A DNA stretch of 63,893 nt, the filler included, from Octopus bimaculoides (Eukaryota), in assembly GCF_001194135.2 (NCBI RefSeq). It is 8 parts of 7 records of this genome, joined end to end, with 100 filler letters (N's around TTAATTAATTAA, not from the genome) between each part and the next. Parts side by side here need not be neighbours in the genome. Positions count along the whole stretch, not along the records: positions 20,834 to 27,393 come from NC_068981.1; positions 27,494 to 55,999 come from NC_068988.1; 6 more parts are not named here. The stretch is one strand, 5' to 3'. Both the position numbers and the translations under genes were made by a program. The notes beneath the pieces were generated by a model, which searched no databases, was not told where the DNA came from, and saw only the letters and a program-made list of their open reading frames with translations. Positions 24,309-37,840 of this stretch are shown piece after piece. How positions within the stretch are numbered: the first letter of the stretch is position 1; the number at the start of each line of letters is the position of its first letter.

Positions 24309-26771
24309 ACACTATCAAATATTGTTAGAAAACTATTGTTGTTTTACACAAGTAAAGTTCTTTTTCCCATTGCCAAAACCACAATTCATAAGGAAGAAGT
24401 GACAATAGCATTTCTGCTTCCATCGACGTTTACAATGTTTTACTTCTTCAAATAAAAAAAATGCCATTTACAAAATAATTCACAAATTGTACAAGGTATA
24501 TAGAGGATATATTAATTGTAGTTTATTTTTTATCATATAGTTTGAGTGAAGGGTGTACCTATGATCTATAGGGCTTCATTGACTGATGGCTCGAGTACTT
24601 GAAACAAAGTGGACTCTACTGAAGGATCTCCTCTACCCAAAGTACCAAATAATTGTGTTGAACCGGACGAGGGATTAGATCTACCACCTAACTCGGAGGA
24701 CATATGATAAAAAAAAAATCAATATACTAAAAACAGAAATAAGAAAATAACTGTATTCTCCTCTTTAATATGGAGTATAGTTTGAGTAAAATTACAGATG
24801 CACCAACAAATGAATTTTTAAATGTAAACGTAAACACATAAATAGGCACAGCATATATTACATAAACATACATTTAAAATATCATTAAATGCCTACATAC
24901 ACATAAAACTAGTGACTATTCAGTTAGTTATAGAACGTTGAGTTATAAAATCCCAACTTATATAAGCTGGTTTGAAATACTCTTCCACAAAAGAGCCACA
25001 AAAAAGAAATTAAGAGAATATAACAAATAGCGAATAAATAATTTAGTAGAGAAAATTAGTAACAACAGATATAATAAATGGTAAAGACATTTAAAAAGGC
25101 GAACAAGACAAAGTATCTGACATGAACAATATACATTGTCTATATAATACAACAAAATATAGTAAAAAGAAAAGAAAAATGATTGAATCTAACACAAGCA
25201 TTGCACCGATCATAAATTACCATTAATAATATATTACAAAGACACCTGAATTAAAGATTTACTCAACAAACTCGAAGTTAAGCTTCTAAATAAAGATAAT
25301 TAATGTAATTTAGAAAATCTTAAGCAAGCATGTTTGTGGCAAACTTTATGATCCTAATTGTTAGCGTAGACATAATAGTATCACAAGGTATCACTGTTAC
25401 ATATAATACACAGCACAAACCAAAGGAAATTAGAAAAATAAACTCAACCGTCTTATAAAGAACTCCCTAAAGTCCCTTGGCTGCTGGAGATAAAGTCGGA
25501 TAACTTTCGTGCTGATGATGATTATTGAGCCAGAAACTAATGTCCACAATTGTCCTCTTTTCTCCAGACAATAAGCCTGTCCATTTTCCTTAATGGTATG
25601 TCTACTTTGGAGAAAATCTTGATTCTTCTCAAGTGGAACTAGCCTTAATTAGCAATTTAATATAATTATGATACCTTTCATCTGGATACTGAGATAATTT
25701 TCATAAATCAAAGTTTATTATGTTGTAAGGTAACTTGATATTTTACTGTGCATTTGTGTATAATACAAGATGCTGGACTCCCTGAATTAGCTTTTCTTCA
25801 GTTCATTTTTGTTTAAAACATATCCGTCTATCTGTCCGCACATCCATCCATCCATCCATCCATCCATCCATCCATCCATCCATCCATCCATCCATACCTG
25901 GCCATCAAAGAGACCTCTATTTCGCAGACTCACAGAGGGCAACAGAAAACCGAGAAAACTGATGAAATCTTGTTGCGACGTCACCGACAAATGCTCAATG
26001 ACACACGGTCAAAGGATAGAAAGAAGGATATGGTTATATATATATATATATATATATNNNNNNNNNNNNNNNNNNNNNNNNNNNNNNNNNNNNNNNNNNN
26101 NNNNNNNNNNNNNNNNNNNNNNNNNNNNNNNNNNNNNNNNNNNNNNNNNNNNNNNNNNNNNNNNNNNNNNNNNNNNNNNNNNNNNNNNNNNNNNNNNNNN
26201 NNNNNNNNNNNNNNNNNNNNNNNNNNNNNNNNNNNNNNNNNNNNNNNNNNNNNNNNNNNNNNNNNNNNNNNNNNNNNNNNNNNNNNNNNNNNNNNNNNNN
26301 NNNNNNNNNNNNNNNNNNNNNNNNNNNNNNNNNNNNNNNNNNNNNNNNNNNNNNNNNNNNNNNNNNNNNNNNNNNNNNNNNNNNNNNNNNNNNNNNNNNN
26401 NNNNNNNNNNNNNNNNNNNNNNNNNNNNNNNNNNNNNNNNNNNNNNNNNNNNNNNNNNNNTTGATGCTCGGGGGAAGAAAAGGGGTTAATGGTTATAGCG
26501 TTTCGGACATGGTCATTCTTCGGATTGTGAAAAAGGAGGAGGAAGACCAGGGAAATTAGGAAAAAGGAAGGAAGAAAACAGTGTGTGTGTGTGTGGGGGG
26601 GGCGGAGAGGGTGACGTGGAAATTCTAGTGAAAGAATTCATGTTGTGTTGGTCTTCTTGTTTTGTCACTGTCTCAGGGGAAATGAAGAGCTGGCTGTTTG
26701 ATATACTTTTTGACAGGAGAACGTGTGTCTGTGCGTGTGCTGGTATGTGTATGTGTGTTTGTTTGTTTGTT

Positions 26772-26813
<42 letters not shown>

Positions 26814-27493
26814 TGTGTGNNNNNNNNNNTGTGTGTGTGTGTGTGTGTATGTGTGTGTGTGTGCGTGTGTTTGCGGGTGAGAAGTGTGGAAAAGCAGCTT
26901 TGTGTACGTAGTTATTTGTATGGTGTTATCGTATGTGTTTATGATTGCTTGTGCGTGTATGTATGTTTATGTATGTCTCTTTACTGTACATGTCAGTGTG
27001 TGCGTGTGTGCACGTGTACATATGCGTGAATAAGTTCTGCGGTCGATTTCTTCGACCCAGCATGGCTACAGTCAAATGACTGAAATGAGTAAAAGAATTA
27101 AAAGAATAGAATGGTGGCAGCTGATGAAGGAAATGTTCTCTATGTGGCCTGTGTGTTTTCTGTACTCCGTTTATCATTTTGTCGACGTTTTTTTGCTACG
27201 TCCTATACCCAGATATGCATCTATATATACATGTAGATGTAGGTATGTACATACATGTGCGTATATACGCATATACTCATATATTATTTGTATTATATAT
27301 GTATATATATGTATATATATATGTATATGTATGTATGTATGTATGTATGTATCTATCTATCTATCTATCTATATATATATATATATGTTTAAGNNNNNNN
27401 NNNNNNNNNNNNNNNNNNNNNNNNNNNNNNNNNNNNNTTAATTAATTAANNNNNNNNNNNNNNNNNNNNNNNNNNNNNNNNNNNNNNNNNNNN

Positions 27494-27790
27494 CTGGAAA
27501 TAGAGATAACTCGAATGTGGAATCTAAAAACAGAAACAATTCCTATCATAGTAGGTGCCTTAGGTATAATAAAAAAATATTCAGACAAATACATAACAAA
27601 AATAGCAGGACTTACAAATATATATAACATACAGAAAATTGCACTACTGGGTACTGCACACATCCTACGCAAAACACTTTCAATACATTAAACATAAGAG
27701 CACCACAGCAAACCACAGCACATACCCAAGGCGCACAGAGCTGCGCTCGGTAGTGAAGTGAAAGCACGTTATAAAAATAAAACTACTGAA
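27494..27790 (+). mobile_element. 3' end of an R4/Dong-type non-LTR retrotransposon with (TAA)n tail
   Basis: Translates LEIEITRMWNLKTETIPIIVGALGIIKKYSDKYITKIAGLTNIYNIQKIALLGTAHILRKTLSIH*, followed by a 3' UTR and a TAA run. Confidence 0.8.
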
Positions 27791-27817
27791 TAATAATAAT
27801 AATAATGATAATCGTGT

Positions 27818-28003
27818 CTACTATAGGCACAGGGACTGAAATTGTGGGGGTAAGGGGCTAGTCGATTACATCGACCCCGGTTCTTAACTGGCACTTATTT
27901 CGACTCCAAAAGGATAAAAGGCAAAGTCAACCGGAATTTGAATTCAGAACGTAAGGATGGACGAAATGCCGCTAAGCTAACAATTCTGCTAGCTCACTGC
28001 CTA
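27818..28003 (-). mobile_element. SINE family A, diverged
   Basis: CTACTATAGGCACAGGG...ATCGACCCC...GGCAAAGTCAAC..GAATTTGAATTCAGAACGT matches the family. Confidence 0.8.
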
Positions 28004-28045
<42 letters not shown>

Positions 28046-28964
28046 GATGATGATGATGATGATGATGATAATGTTTCTTAACATCGGCACAAGGACACAC
28101 GTTTTTGGGGAACTGTATAGTTAATTCAATGAAGCCCAGTACTTAAATGATGTTTAAAAAGAGAAGTAGTAAGAATAAAATCCAGCAAGGAAAAAACTAA
28201 AATGGATTTGGTCGGTATTTAAAGTCAGAACGTAAAACGATGTAATGAAGTAGTACATCTCCACCACTCCACTGATTTTCGGTGCTCTGCATTTATAAAA
28301 CACGGAGTATAAGGATAACAAGACAATAGGAAGGAAAATAATATGGAGAAATCGAAATGAAAGATTTTAAAATATTAGGTCTTACCAGAGAGAAAACAGA
28401 TGTACAATGTATGATAAAGCATGTAACCTTACCTCCGTCTCTGGTGGAAGAGAAATACTGAAGATACACAACTGCTTTTAATGCTGTTACTACGATTACG
28501 ACTACCACTTTCTCTGTTGCATTTCAGTTTGAGATCATTTAAATCTATATTTAGACATTAAAACTTGTAATCTAATATTGTAAACAACTGGCCTATTTAT
28601 TTCCTCCCTCGAAACGACTGTATCTAGTAAAAAGTAAAAAGAAAAAAAACGAAAACAAAAAAGAAACAACCAAAAGCAAAAACAAAAGCGAAAAGTAAGA
28701 AAAAAATAAAAGAGAGAAAGTAAGTAGAAAATGAATAGGAGTGAATATTATGCTCTTGGAAAATGACATATCACAGAGTCGGAGGCAACCGAAAAGATAG
28801 GTGTCAGCGATGGCAAACAGTCCGAAACTTGTCATTAACATTGCATTGTGTTTATAATAAATATATAATAATACAACTATCAGTTAAATACGCTTATTCT
28901 CTTTTATTGCATATCCTGTACTCAACAAATACATCAGATGCTTCTCTCTCCCACCTTTCTCTTT

Positions 28965-29021
<57 letters not shown>

Positions 29022-29052
29022 GAATATATTCTTAGTTTTGAAAACATGTTAG

Positions 29053-29150
29053 TGTATCCCAATAGCAAGAAAAGAACTCCTCTGACGCTCACCAACTATC
29101 GTCCAATCGCACTCACTTCAATGCCTCAAAGTAATGGAAATATCCAATTA
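29053..29150 (+). mobile_element. CR1/L2/Jockey-type RT N-terminal fragment
   Basis: VYPNSKKRTPLTLTNYRPIALTS contains the conserved NYRPIALTS motif. Confidence 0.6.
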
Positions 29151-29459
29151 GCGATAACATTCGCTAACACACGCGCGCGCGCGCACACACACACACGCGC
29201 GCGCACAAAACAAAACAAAATTATTTTCTTCCAGGTAAGTAGAAATATAGAAAAAAGTTGAAAATGCACTAGAAGTCTTTTAGATGGTTTAGTTTTAAAG
29301 GCTACCCGTTTTCACAGATTTATCTTGTTTTTGAAAGTTAAATGTGATAGAAAGACGTGTGGCTATGCCGCAACTGCTTTCCTTCAGACTGGAGTTCGAA
29401 AATTCTGTTTTTATAGAGAGAACATGGCTCAAATGTGTATGATTAGGATACAATTTGAT

Positions 29460-29745
29460 TGGTAGAGGATGATCACGTGATTAGGCTTAGAAATTATTGC
29501 AAGTTCCCCGCTGTGCGTTAATGCCATGTGACAATATTTTTTGCGTCGAGATTTAAGGCTGACACACTTGAGTGAACGTGTCTAGTAACAGTCCCAAACA
29601 ACCAAGGCTCTCTAAATTTAATCTGTCAAGTATGGTAGAAGATGATCACGTCGTTGAGTTTCGAAATATTTGTAAGTTTCCCGCTACGTCTGTGCGTTAA
29701 TGTGAGGTTGACACGATTGAGTGAACGTGTTTATTAAGTCCTCAA
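29460..29745. repeat. diverged tandem duplication, ~173-bp period
   Basis: GGTAGARGATGATCACGT...AAGTT.CCCGCT...GTGCGTTAATG...TTGAGTGAACGTGT occurs twice. Confidence 0.75.
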
Positions 29746-29763
29746 AGTCAAGTGGCAGAATAA

Positions 29764-29814
<51 letters not shown>

Positions 29815-31560
29815 GTTGGTGGCAGAATAAGTATGTATGTATTGGTGNNNNNNNNNNNNNNNNNNNNNNNNNNNNNNNNNNNNNNNNNNNNNNNNNNNNN
29901 NNNNNNNNNNNNNNNNNNNNNNNNNNNNNNNNNNNNNNNNNNNNNNNNNNNNNNNNNNNNNNNNNNNNNNNNNNNNNNNNNNNNNNNNNNNNNNNNNNNN
30001 NNNNNNNNNNNNNNNNNNNNNNNNNNNNNNNNNNNNNNNNNNNNNNNNNNNNNNNNNNNNNNNNNNNNNNNNNNNNNNNNNNNNNNNNNNNNNNNNNNNN
30101 NNNNNNNNNNNNNNNNNNNNNNNNNNNNNNNNNNNNNNNNNNNNNNNNNNNNNNNNNNNNNNNNNNNNNNNNNNNNNNNNNNNNNNNNNNNNNNNNNNNN
30201 NNNNNNNNNNNNNNNNNNNNNNNNNNNNNNNNNNNNNNNNNNNNNNNNNNNNNNNNNNNNNNNNNNNNNNNNNNNNNNNNNNNNNNNNNNNNNNNNNNNN
30301 NNNNNNNNNNNNNNNNNNNNNNNNNNNNNNNNNNNNNNNNNNNNNNNNNNNNNNNNNNNNNNNNNNNNNNNNNNNNNNNNNNNNNNNNNNNNNNNNNNNN
30401 NNNNNNNNNNNNNNNNNNNNNNNNNNNNNNNNNNNNNNNNNNNNNNNNNNNNNNNNNNNNNNNNNNNNNNNNNNNNNNNNNNNNNNNNNNNNNNNNNNNN
30501 NNNNNNNNNNNNNNNNNNNNNNNNNNNNNNNNNNNNNNNNNNNNNNNNNNNNNNNNNNNNNNNNNNNNNNNNNNNNNNNNNNNNNNNNNNNNNATATATA
30601 TGTCAATATCTAAGAAGTTAAAATGATGGAACAAAGAGAGCTCAAAGAACATACAAAACAATCTGATTAGCCTTACCGACTTCAATAGAAAACTAAAGGA
30701 AATAAAAGATAAAATATTAGTAATTTAGAAACAAAATAACACGAAACAAAGTAACTCCAGAACACTGTTCCATCATCATCTCAGAGCTTGTTCTTCCCTA
30801 CCTAACTGCATTAACATAACAAAACACAAACCACAAACCAAAAATAGCAGTATCATCAACATTACTAAATTCAAATTCAGTCAGGATTGCACAAAACCAG
30901 AGTTAAGTACAGAGGATCATGAATTATTACTCGCCGACGGGAGTAATAGTTCATATCATATCTGCTCTATTTACGAACAGCACATAAGAGTTATACAAAA
31001 ATAGACTGTACAGTGTACAAAATGCAACATGCCTTGGCGAAGATTCATCGCCTCATGTAATAAATCATTGCATATTAAGTATATGCAATATAGTCCTCAT
31101 GTAGGTGATGGCATGATACATATGAAGTGTTAGACATCCGGCAGCGTTCATTGATCGACTGACTATCTACTATCAGTAGACGTCTACTCAATCAGACTGA
31201 CCGTGGGTTGCTCAACAACTATTTCAAGAGATTTGTGCTACCTAAATTGGAATGACAAGATGTTATTAAATATATAATTAGCTACACAAATCCTATTGCT
31301 AAGGAACTGGTGAAAATGACGATAAGCTATATAGGGAAATACTTTGTATTGGTTATCGTAAACTGCAATGACAAATGGAAATACACGAGGTGGATCTTAC
31401 GATAATGCTTCACAAAGGACCTTACCATAATGCCTCATAGGGAAATATAATCAAAGATAAAACACGGCTATTTTAATTCGGAAGATTTAAATTAAATTCC
31501 ATTTTCCTATTGTTTCCTGAATTCTCACGCTTTGACTAGCCCTAATAGTCTTCTGGACAT

Positions 31561-31764
31561 GAGCTGTTAATCTAAACTCTGATAATCTTCCGGGCTTAAA
31601 CTATTTATCTAAATTCTGATTGCCTTCCGGGCTTGAACTGTTAATATAAACTCTTCTAATCCTCCCTGCTCGAACTGTCAATCTAAACTGATAGTCCTCA
31701 AAAGTTGAATTGTTAATCAAAACTCTGATTGTCTCCTGCGCTTGAGCCATTAGCCTAAACTTCC
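31561..31764. repeat. 37-bp minisatellite, ~5.5 diverged copies
   Basis: Consensus is approximately GAACTGTTAATCTAAACTCTGATAATCTTCCGGGCTT. Confidence 0.8.
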
Positions 31765-34171
31765 TCTGTGAAAGAAATAAAGTTATTGAAAAATGATTGA
31801 ATCCAGTGATTTTTATTTCAAGAAAACAATATTTTGTTTCAAGCCACTAAAAATAGTTTCAGATGGTTATTTTCTTACTAAAGTACCTCTGTCGTCACGT
31901 TATCTTTATTGATCATCATGTCTTAATTCTCCAAATCATGCTGTCAAGACGGTAAGTGAATACTGACAACACAATTTATATCTTTATATCTAGTTATAAC
32001 GTTTTTTTCATCGGTGCAATATTTCAATTTTAGAATAGGTAATAGAAATGGAAAATTGGGACATTCATGTCTTTCCGAATTGCTTCAGTAGCCTAAGTGC
32101 AGTAAAATATCTACACCTAGGAATCGAGATCAAATTTACAGCTTCAGCTGGTTGAGAGCTTAGATGTTGTAGCATGTTCACTGCTTGTGCATGAATTATT
32201 TTATTAATTATATTTATTTAACTTTTATACACTGTGCAACGTTATCAGTTTCCAGTTGAAATATTTAACCTTGAACTCTAATCACATACTGAAATATTAC
32301 CGAGGAATAAATAAAGAGAAATCTGCCCGGGTCGACATTGCCTTTCGTTACTCTGATATCAATGAAACCGATATGTTCTGAAGCTAGTTCAATCTATCAT
32401 TCTCCTCCTTTGCAAGCGTTTATACTTATATTTACATTAGCAGTTATTTTTCATATTGACTACATTATTCACCACCCACAGGGAACATGATAGGGTAAAA
32501 GGTAACCGTCGTGATTTTAATCTTCATTTAGAGTGACTGTATTTCGCTCTCACCATTGAGGCCCCTGGGAAAGGCATGAAAGCTCACATTCCATCTCTTC
32601 CACCCTAAATTGCGTAACCTGAAATTAAACAAAAGAAAACATTATTCATCACTCAACATATATATATATATGTATATATACAACACACGCGCGCGCGCCT
32701 GTATGGATACATCCACTCCGGCTTAATTCTTGTCTGATCCGTTTTATGGAACAGATATTTCAAATTTGTATTGGAGATCAATTGACTTGATCTAAAAGTA
32801 GTTTCTATTAGGAATAAGAGATGAATACTTTAAGACTGACTTGAACAAATATATCAAAGGCTACCATTTCATATATCCACAGATATTTCGTGATGGAATC
32901 TTTCATAACGATAATCTGGAAGCAATACAACAAAAATGCAAAGTAAATATATTTTCATGCTGTTTTTTTTTTCACTTATAGGACCCCTCCATCTTCCGAA
33001 ATAATCGATTAATAATTTTCCATCTTGTAGCGCAAAGAAACATATTTGATTATTCTTCAAAGCAATTTAATCCTTTCCACTTCTTTATCCCAGAGCGATT
33101 AGTCTTCAGACTGTTTATTTTTGTTGCTTTCCCTTTTTCAGATAGAGAGAATAACAGCAAAAGTTATGTATTATGTAACATACCTTCAATATAAAATACG
33201 ACAAAAGTATAAAAATTTTGATATATTTTGGTTATTTGACAGGATTTATACTTATAATTGTTATATCATGTATATACCGATGTCGTGAAGAGTATATGCC
33301 AAGACCTTATGTGAGGTCATTGTGTTGTGAAGACTACTTATCGAGATCTCATGGTGGATGTCACGCTATATTTCAGATTTTTCTTGTAAAGGCTGTAATA
33401 TTCTATAGTTTATTTACTTCAGTACACACAATTTTAATAATTTAAAAATGAAATTTCGAGGAAAAAAAAAAAAAAGAAGAAAAAATGAAAATACCTGAAG
33501 TCCTGAAACTTATTTCATTTTTACCTTTGAATATTAGATTTCGTTTAAAATGTTTTAGTTTTATCAATTTGAAATTTTAAACCGAAACAAAGTAAGAAAT
33601 ATAAATGAAAGACTAGCCTGGGTTACAGTTATGGAATTGCAGTGCAACAGGTACTGTATTCCTCCTTTTTGTTTGTTCCTTTTCTCTCTTTTCTTTCCTT
33701 GAATCGATGATAATAATAACAAGATGATCGGAAATTATTTGGACACAAGAAGAAGCATGTATTGCAATGAACATTATACCTTCATATTTGTCTTGTGACT
33801 AACTTCAATGAATAGAAAAGTTTTACTGACAGTAGATTCTATTTTTTAATCTGAACGGAAAACAGTTGCAATATGTAACATATTAGATAAGACTAACTAG
33901 GCTGTAATGGAATTTGCAATCTTGTGAAGGAGATTAAGTGGATTTTATTGTGATTCATTGTGATGTACATTGTCGTTGAACTTCCTTAGAGATAATCCAA
34001 AATAGCTATGTATATTGCATACTCAAACAGAAATCTTAAATTGGTGCAAAGCTGCGTGGGAAGTTGAAGAATGAGTAATATGAGTTGGGTTAGATCTACA
34101 TGGAATGTAGTAGGAGTACTTTATAAGCACGCACGCACACACACATACACACACACACACACACACGCACA

Positions 34172-34216
<45 letters not shown>

Positions 34217-34524
34217 ATATACACAAACACAGAGTTCTTACGTCAGAGTGAGAAACAAAATATGCTATAGTAGATTTATAGTCAACTGAATCAAACACCA
34301 ATGTGTGCCTGGTACTTATTTTATCTGCCCGCTAAGAATGGAAAGCTAAGTCAATGTGGCAAACTTCGAATTCTAAACAAAGAGGAGAAAAAGCAAATCA
34401 CTGTAAGGGTACGACGCCAGAGCTTCCTTGTCCCTTGCTCTCAGATCCCATTTTTAACATGGTGTATTTGTGTATATAATCATGCAGGCACATAAAATTG
34501 AAACAACAACAACGATAATAATCC

Positions 34525-34723
34525 TTTCTACTAAAGGCACAAGGCCTGAAATTTTTGGGGCGGGGACTAGTTGATTATATCGATCACTGACGCTTAATTT
34601 ATCAACCCCGAAAGGATGAAAGGCAAAGTCGATCTCGGTGGAATTTGAACTCAGAACGTAGGGACGGGCGAAATACCGCTCAGCATTTCGTCCAGCGTGT
34701 AACGATTCTGCCAGCTCGCCGCC

Positions 34724-34724
<1 letters not shown>
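34525..34724 (-). mobile_element. SINE family A
   Basis: Same sequence family as 24093-24308. Confidence 0.85.
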
Positions 34725-34796
<72 letters not shown>

Positions 34797-34798
<2 letters not shown>

Positions 34799-35353
34799 GC
34801 CCTAATGCAGTACCAGGCAGTGGCTCTCATTGCCTTTGATCTTAACTGATTGGATGTGTTATCATGTACATTGTTTTGTCTTGGTATAAAAGATGGGCTA
34901 CAGTTAATTTTCTGCTCAATACCACATTTTTGTTTGTCAGTTGTTTGACCTTAACCAGTTGAAAATGTCCCTTAGTGGCTGATGTATTGTGCATCTCTGA
35001 TCATGAGCAGAAGTAGTGAGGGAGCATCATGGCCATGTGTTGAGGGGAGTTCTCTGGGGTTTGAATAATTCACCTCTGGAAACATGGGTGTTTTATTCAT
35101 CATCCTTAAAAGAAACCTTATTCAGGGCCCTTTTGAGCGGAATGGGCTACTCGCCCTGAAGAAATTCTAGCTGGGCTCCACTTACAAGGTCATGGGCTGT
35201 TTATCTTGATACGAGATCACCATGTCGTGCACATATGGTTGTGATGCATGTGCCTGGTGTTCCCTTATCAGACGGGTAGTCATGATAGGTATATTGGGCT
35301 TCGTATATTTTTACCCGAGTGTCACTTAGATGGCATGCGCTGCCGTCTCACCC
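34797..35353. mobile_element. ~555-bp non-coding interspersed repeat (family E), embedded in (TAA)n
   Basis: Partial copies at 35471-35790, 37841-38175 and 38172-38428 share e.g. GCATCTCTGATCAYGAGCAGAAGTAGTGGGGGAGCATCATAGCCATGTGTTGAG. Confidence 0.85.
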
Positions 35354-35387
35354 AATAATAATAATTATAAAATACTACTACTACTAC

Positions 35388-35454
<67 letters not shown>

Positions 35455-35470
35455 AAGAAGAAGAAGAAGA

Positions 35471-35790
35471 ATATGCATTGGCTCCCATGGCGTCTGATCT
35501 TAACTGATCGGACGTGCTATCATGTACATGTAGATTGGAAGTATTATCTGTACATGTTTTGCCTTGGTACATGTTTTGTCTTGGGCTACTGCAAATATTC
35601 TGCTCAATATCACAGATTTGCTTGTTGGCTGCTTGACCTTAACTAGTTGAGCTTGTCCCTTAGTGGCTGGCGATATGTGCATTTCTGATCACGAGCAGAA
35701 ATAGTGGGGGAGCATCATAGCCATGTGTTGAGAGGTATTGTTTGGGATGTAACTAATTCACCTCTGGAAACATGGGTTTCTCGTTCAGCA
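35471..35790. mobile_element. family E partial copy
   Basis: Homologous to the first ~300 bp of 34797-35353. Confidence 0.8.
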
Positions 35791-36052
35791 AAATTTTCAA
35801 TTTTGTTTTGAAAAATAGTTTAAAAACAAACATGACAATATCCGCCTTACCCAATGTGAGGGAAAGAGAAATAAGAGAAAACTATAAGAGAGAGCGGCAG
35901 CACACCACAGAGTTCACCCTTCACGTGGAAGGGGAGGTAAACACTCTTCAAGCTCAAAGGACTACACCTTTACTAAGACGACAGAGAGCAACAATAATAA
36001 TTTCAGCAGCAGCAACAGTAGTAACAGCAACAGCAACAACACCACCACCACC

Positions 36053-36098
<46 letters not shown>

Positions 36099-36128
36099 GC
36101 TACACCACCACCACCATAACAACAACAA

Positions 36129-36575
36129 AAATATTGACACAGTGCTAGAAAGTAAGAAATATAAGATGCTGTAATATTCAGACTGACAGAGTAATAGAAG
36201 CTAGAAGGCCTGATTTAGTAGTAGTCGATAAAGAGAATAGAAAGTGCCAGATAATTGACTCTACAGTCCCAAATGATGAGAGAATCAAAATGATAGGTAT
36301 AGAGAAAACAGCAAAGTATCAGAACTTAGCCATACAGGGGCTTTTGAAAGTGCGGGCAAAATGTTTCACTGTAGCTAGAAGTGCATGAGGAAATATCCCT
36401 AAATATTTGAACAGATGGATAGAAGAAATAGGTATAAAACTCAGTTTAGCGCAACTCCGGAAAATATTATTATTAGGGACAGCTAGGATGCTTAGGAAGG
36501 TTCTTGTCATTAAAGGTTATTTGTAGTCTGATGTTAGGATTTTTTCTAACAGTCTAAACTGCTGTGTGTAAATGA
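36129..36575 (+). mobile_element. R4/Dong-type LINE 3' fragment (restriction-like endonuclease), frameshifted
   Basis: NIQTDRVIEARRPDLVVVDKENRKCQIIDSTVPND and GNIPKYLNRWIEEIGIKLSLAQLRKILLLGTARMLRKVL, then (TAA)n. Confidence 0.85.
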
Positions 36576-36661
<86 letters not shown>

Positions 36662-36669
36662 TAATAATG

Positions 36670-36728
<59 letters not shown>
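36576..36728. repeat. long (TAA)n microsatellite
   Basis: Read directly. Confidence 0.95.
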
Positions 36729-36730
<2 letters not shown>

Positions 36731-37725
36731 AGCTTAGGCAGAAAGACAAAGAAGTTGCTAACTAGATATGGGTCACTCCACCCAAAAAGTGACACAGACA
36801 GACTGTATATACAGAGAAAAAGAGGGGGAAGAGGACTTATTGGATGTGAACACAGCATTAGAGCAGAAGAAAACAATATAGCATGGTATGTAAAAAATGC
36901 CACAGAACCGCTATTATTAGAAGTAGGAAGGTCAGGCTTGTGTAGGATGAAAGATTGCAAAGATAAAGCACTATACAAGAAATTGAAAACGAATGAAACT
37001 GAAAATAGGTGAGCAAAGAAAAGAATACATGGTCAATTTCATAGGGATGTTGAAGATAAGGCAGACAGAGAAAAAAGATGGCTGTGGATGACTAAAAGTG
37101 ATTTAAAACCGGAAACGGAGGCTCTAATCTGTGTTGCCCAAGAGCAAGCACTAAGAACAAACTACATAAAATACAGAATAGACAACACAGCAGAAAGTGA
37201 TAAGTGCAGAAGCTGTGGACAAAACGGTGAAACCGTATGGCATGTTACCAGCCAATGTATGCCACTAGCCCAGAGGGAATATAAGAGACGCCACGATAAT
37301 ATAGCCAAGCTTGTCCATTGGACACTCTGCAACAAGTATGGAGTTGACAGAGAAAAGAATTGGTACGACAACAAACCTGAAGGAATCGTCGAAAATAGAA
37401 ATGCAAAGATCCTATGGGATTTCATGATTCAGTGCGACGATGAGATAGAGTATAAGAAGCCGGACATAGTCTTAATTGAGAAAGAAAACAAACTATGCTG
37501 GATCATAGTTATAACATGCCCAGCTGACAACAAGGTATGCGATAAGAAAGAAAGAAAAGTTAAGAGATATGACAGGTCGATAAAAAAGGTAGCAGTACTG
37601 CCAATAACTGTCGGAGCGCTCGAATACTCCAGAAGGTGCTCGAAAAACAGGTGTTACCTTAGTTCACTGGTAGTGAACAGCTGACACTGCAGTACATATC
37701 CAGCGTTAGAAGCTGTGCAAAGGCA
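36729..37725 (+). mobile_element. 5'-truncated R4/Dong-type LINE (RT thumb, CCHC zinc knuckle, REL endonuclease)
   Basis: ORFs show LHPKSDTDRLYIQRKRGGRGL, CRSCGQNGETVWHVTSQC..LAQREYKRRHD and KILWDFMIQCDDEIEYKKPDIVLIEK. (TAA)n lies on both sides. Confidence 0.92.
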
Positions 37726-37840
37726 ATAATAATAATAATANNNNNNNNNNNNNNNNNNNNNNNNNNNNNNNNNNNNNNNNNNNNNNNNNNNNNNNNNNNN
37801 NNNNNNNNNNNNNNNNNNNNNNNNNNNNNNNNNNNNNNNN

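Noticed and set aside
24530-24712. GC-richer island with a protein-like frame (NKVDSTEGSPLPKVPNNCVEPDEGLDLPPNSEDI) after an in-frame TGA
   Set aside because: It is short, has no recognisable homology and gives no consistent splice model. Readthrough or selenocysteine use is unsupported.
26495-26527. Minus-strand CCGAAGA...GTCCGAAACGC motif
   Set aside because: The core is mutated and there is no stem I or NUH site; at most it is a very decayed PLE-type end.
27121-27155. CTGATGA-AGG...CCT motif
   Set aside because: GAAA and stem III are absent.
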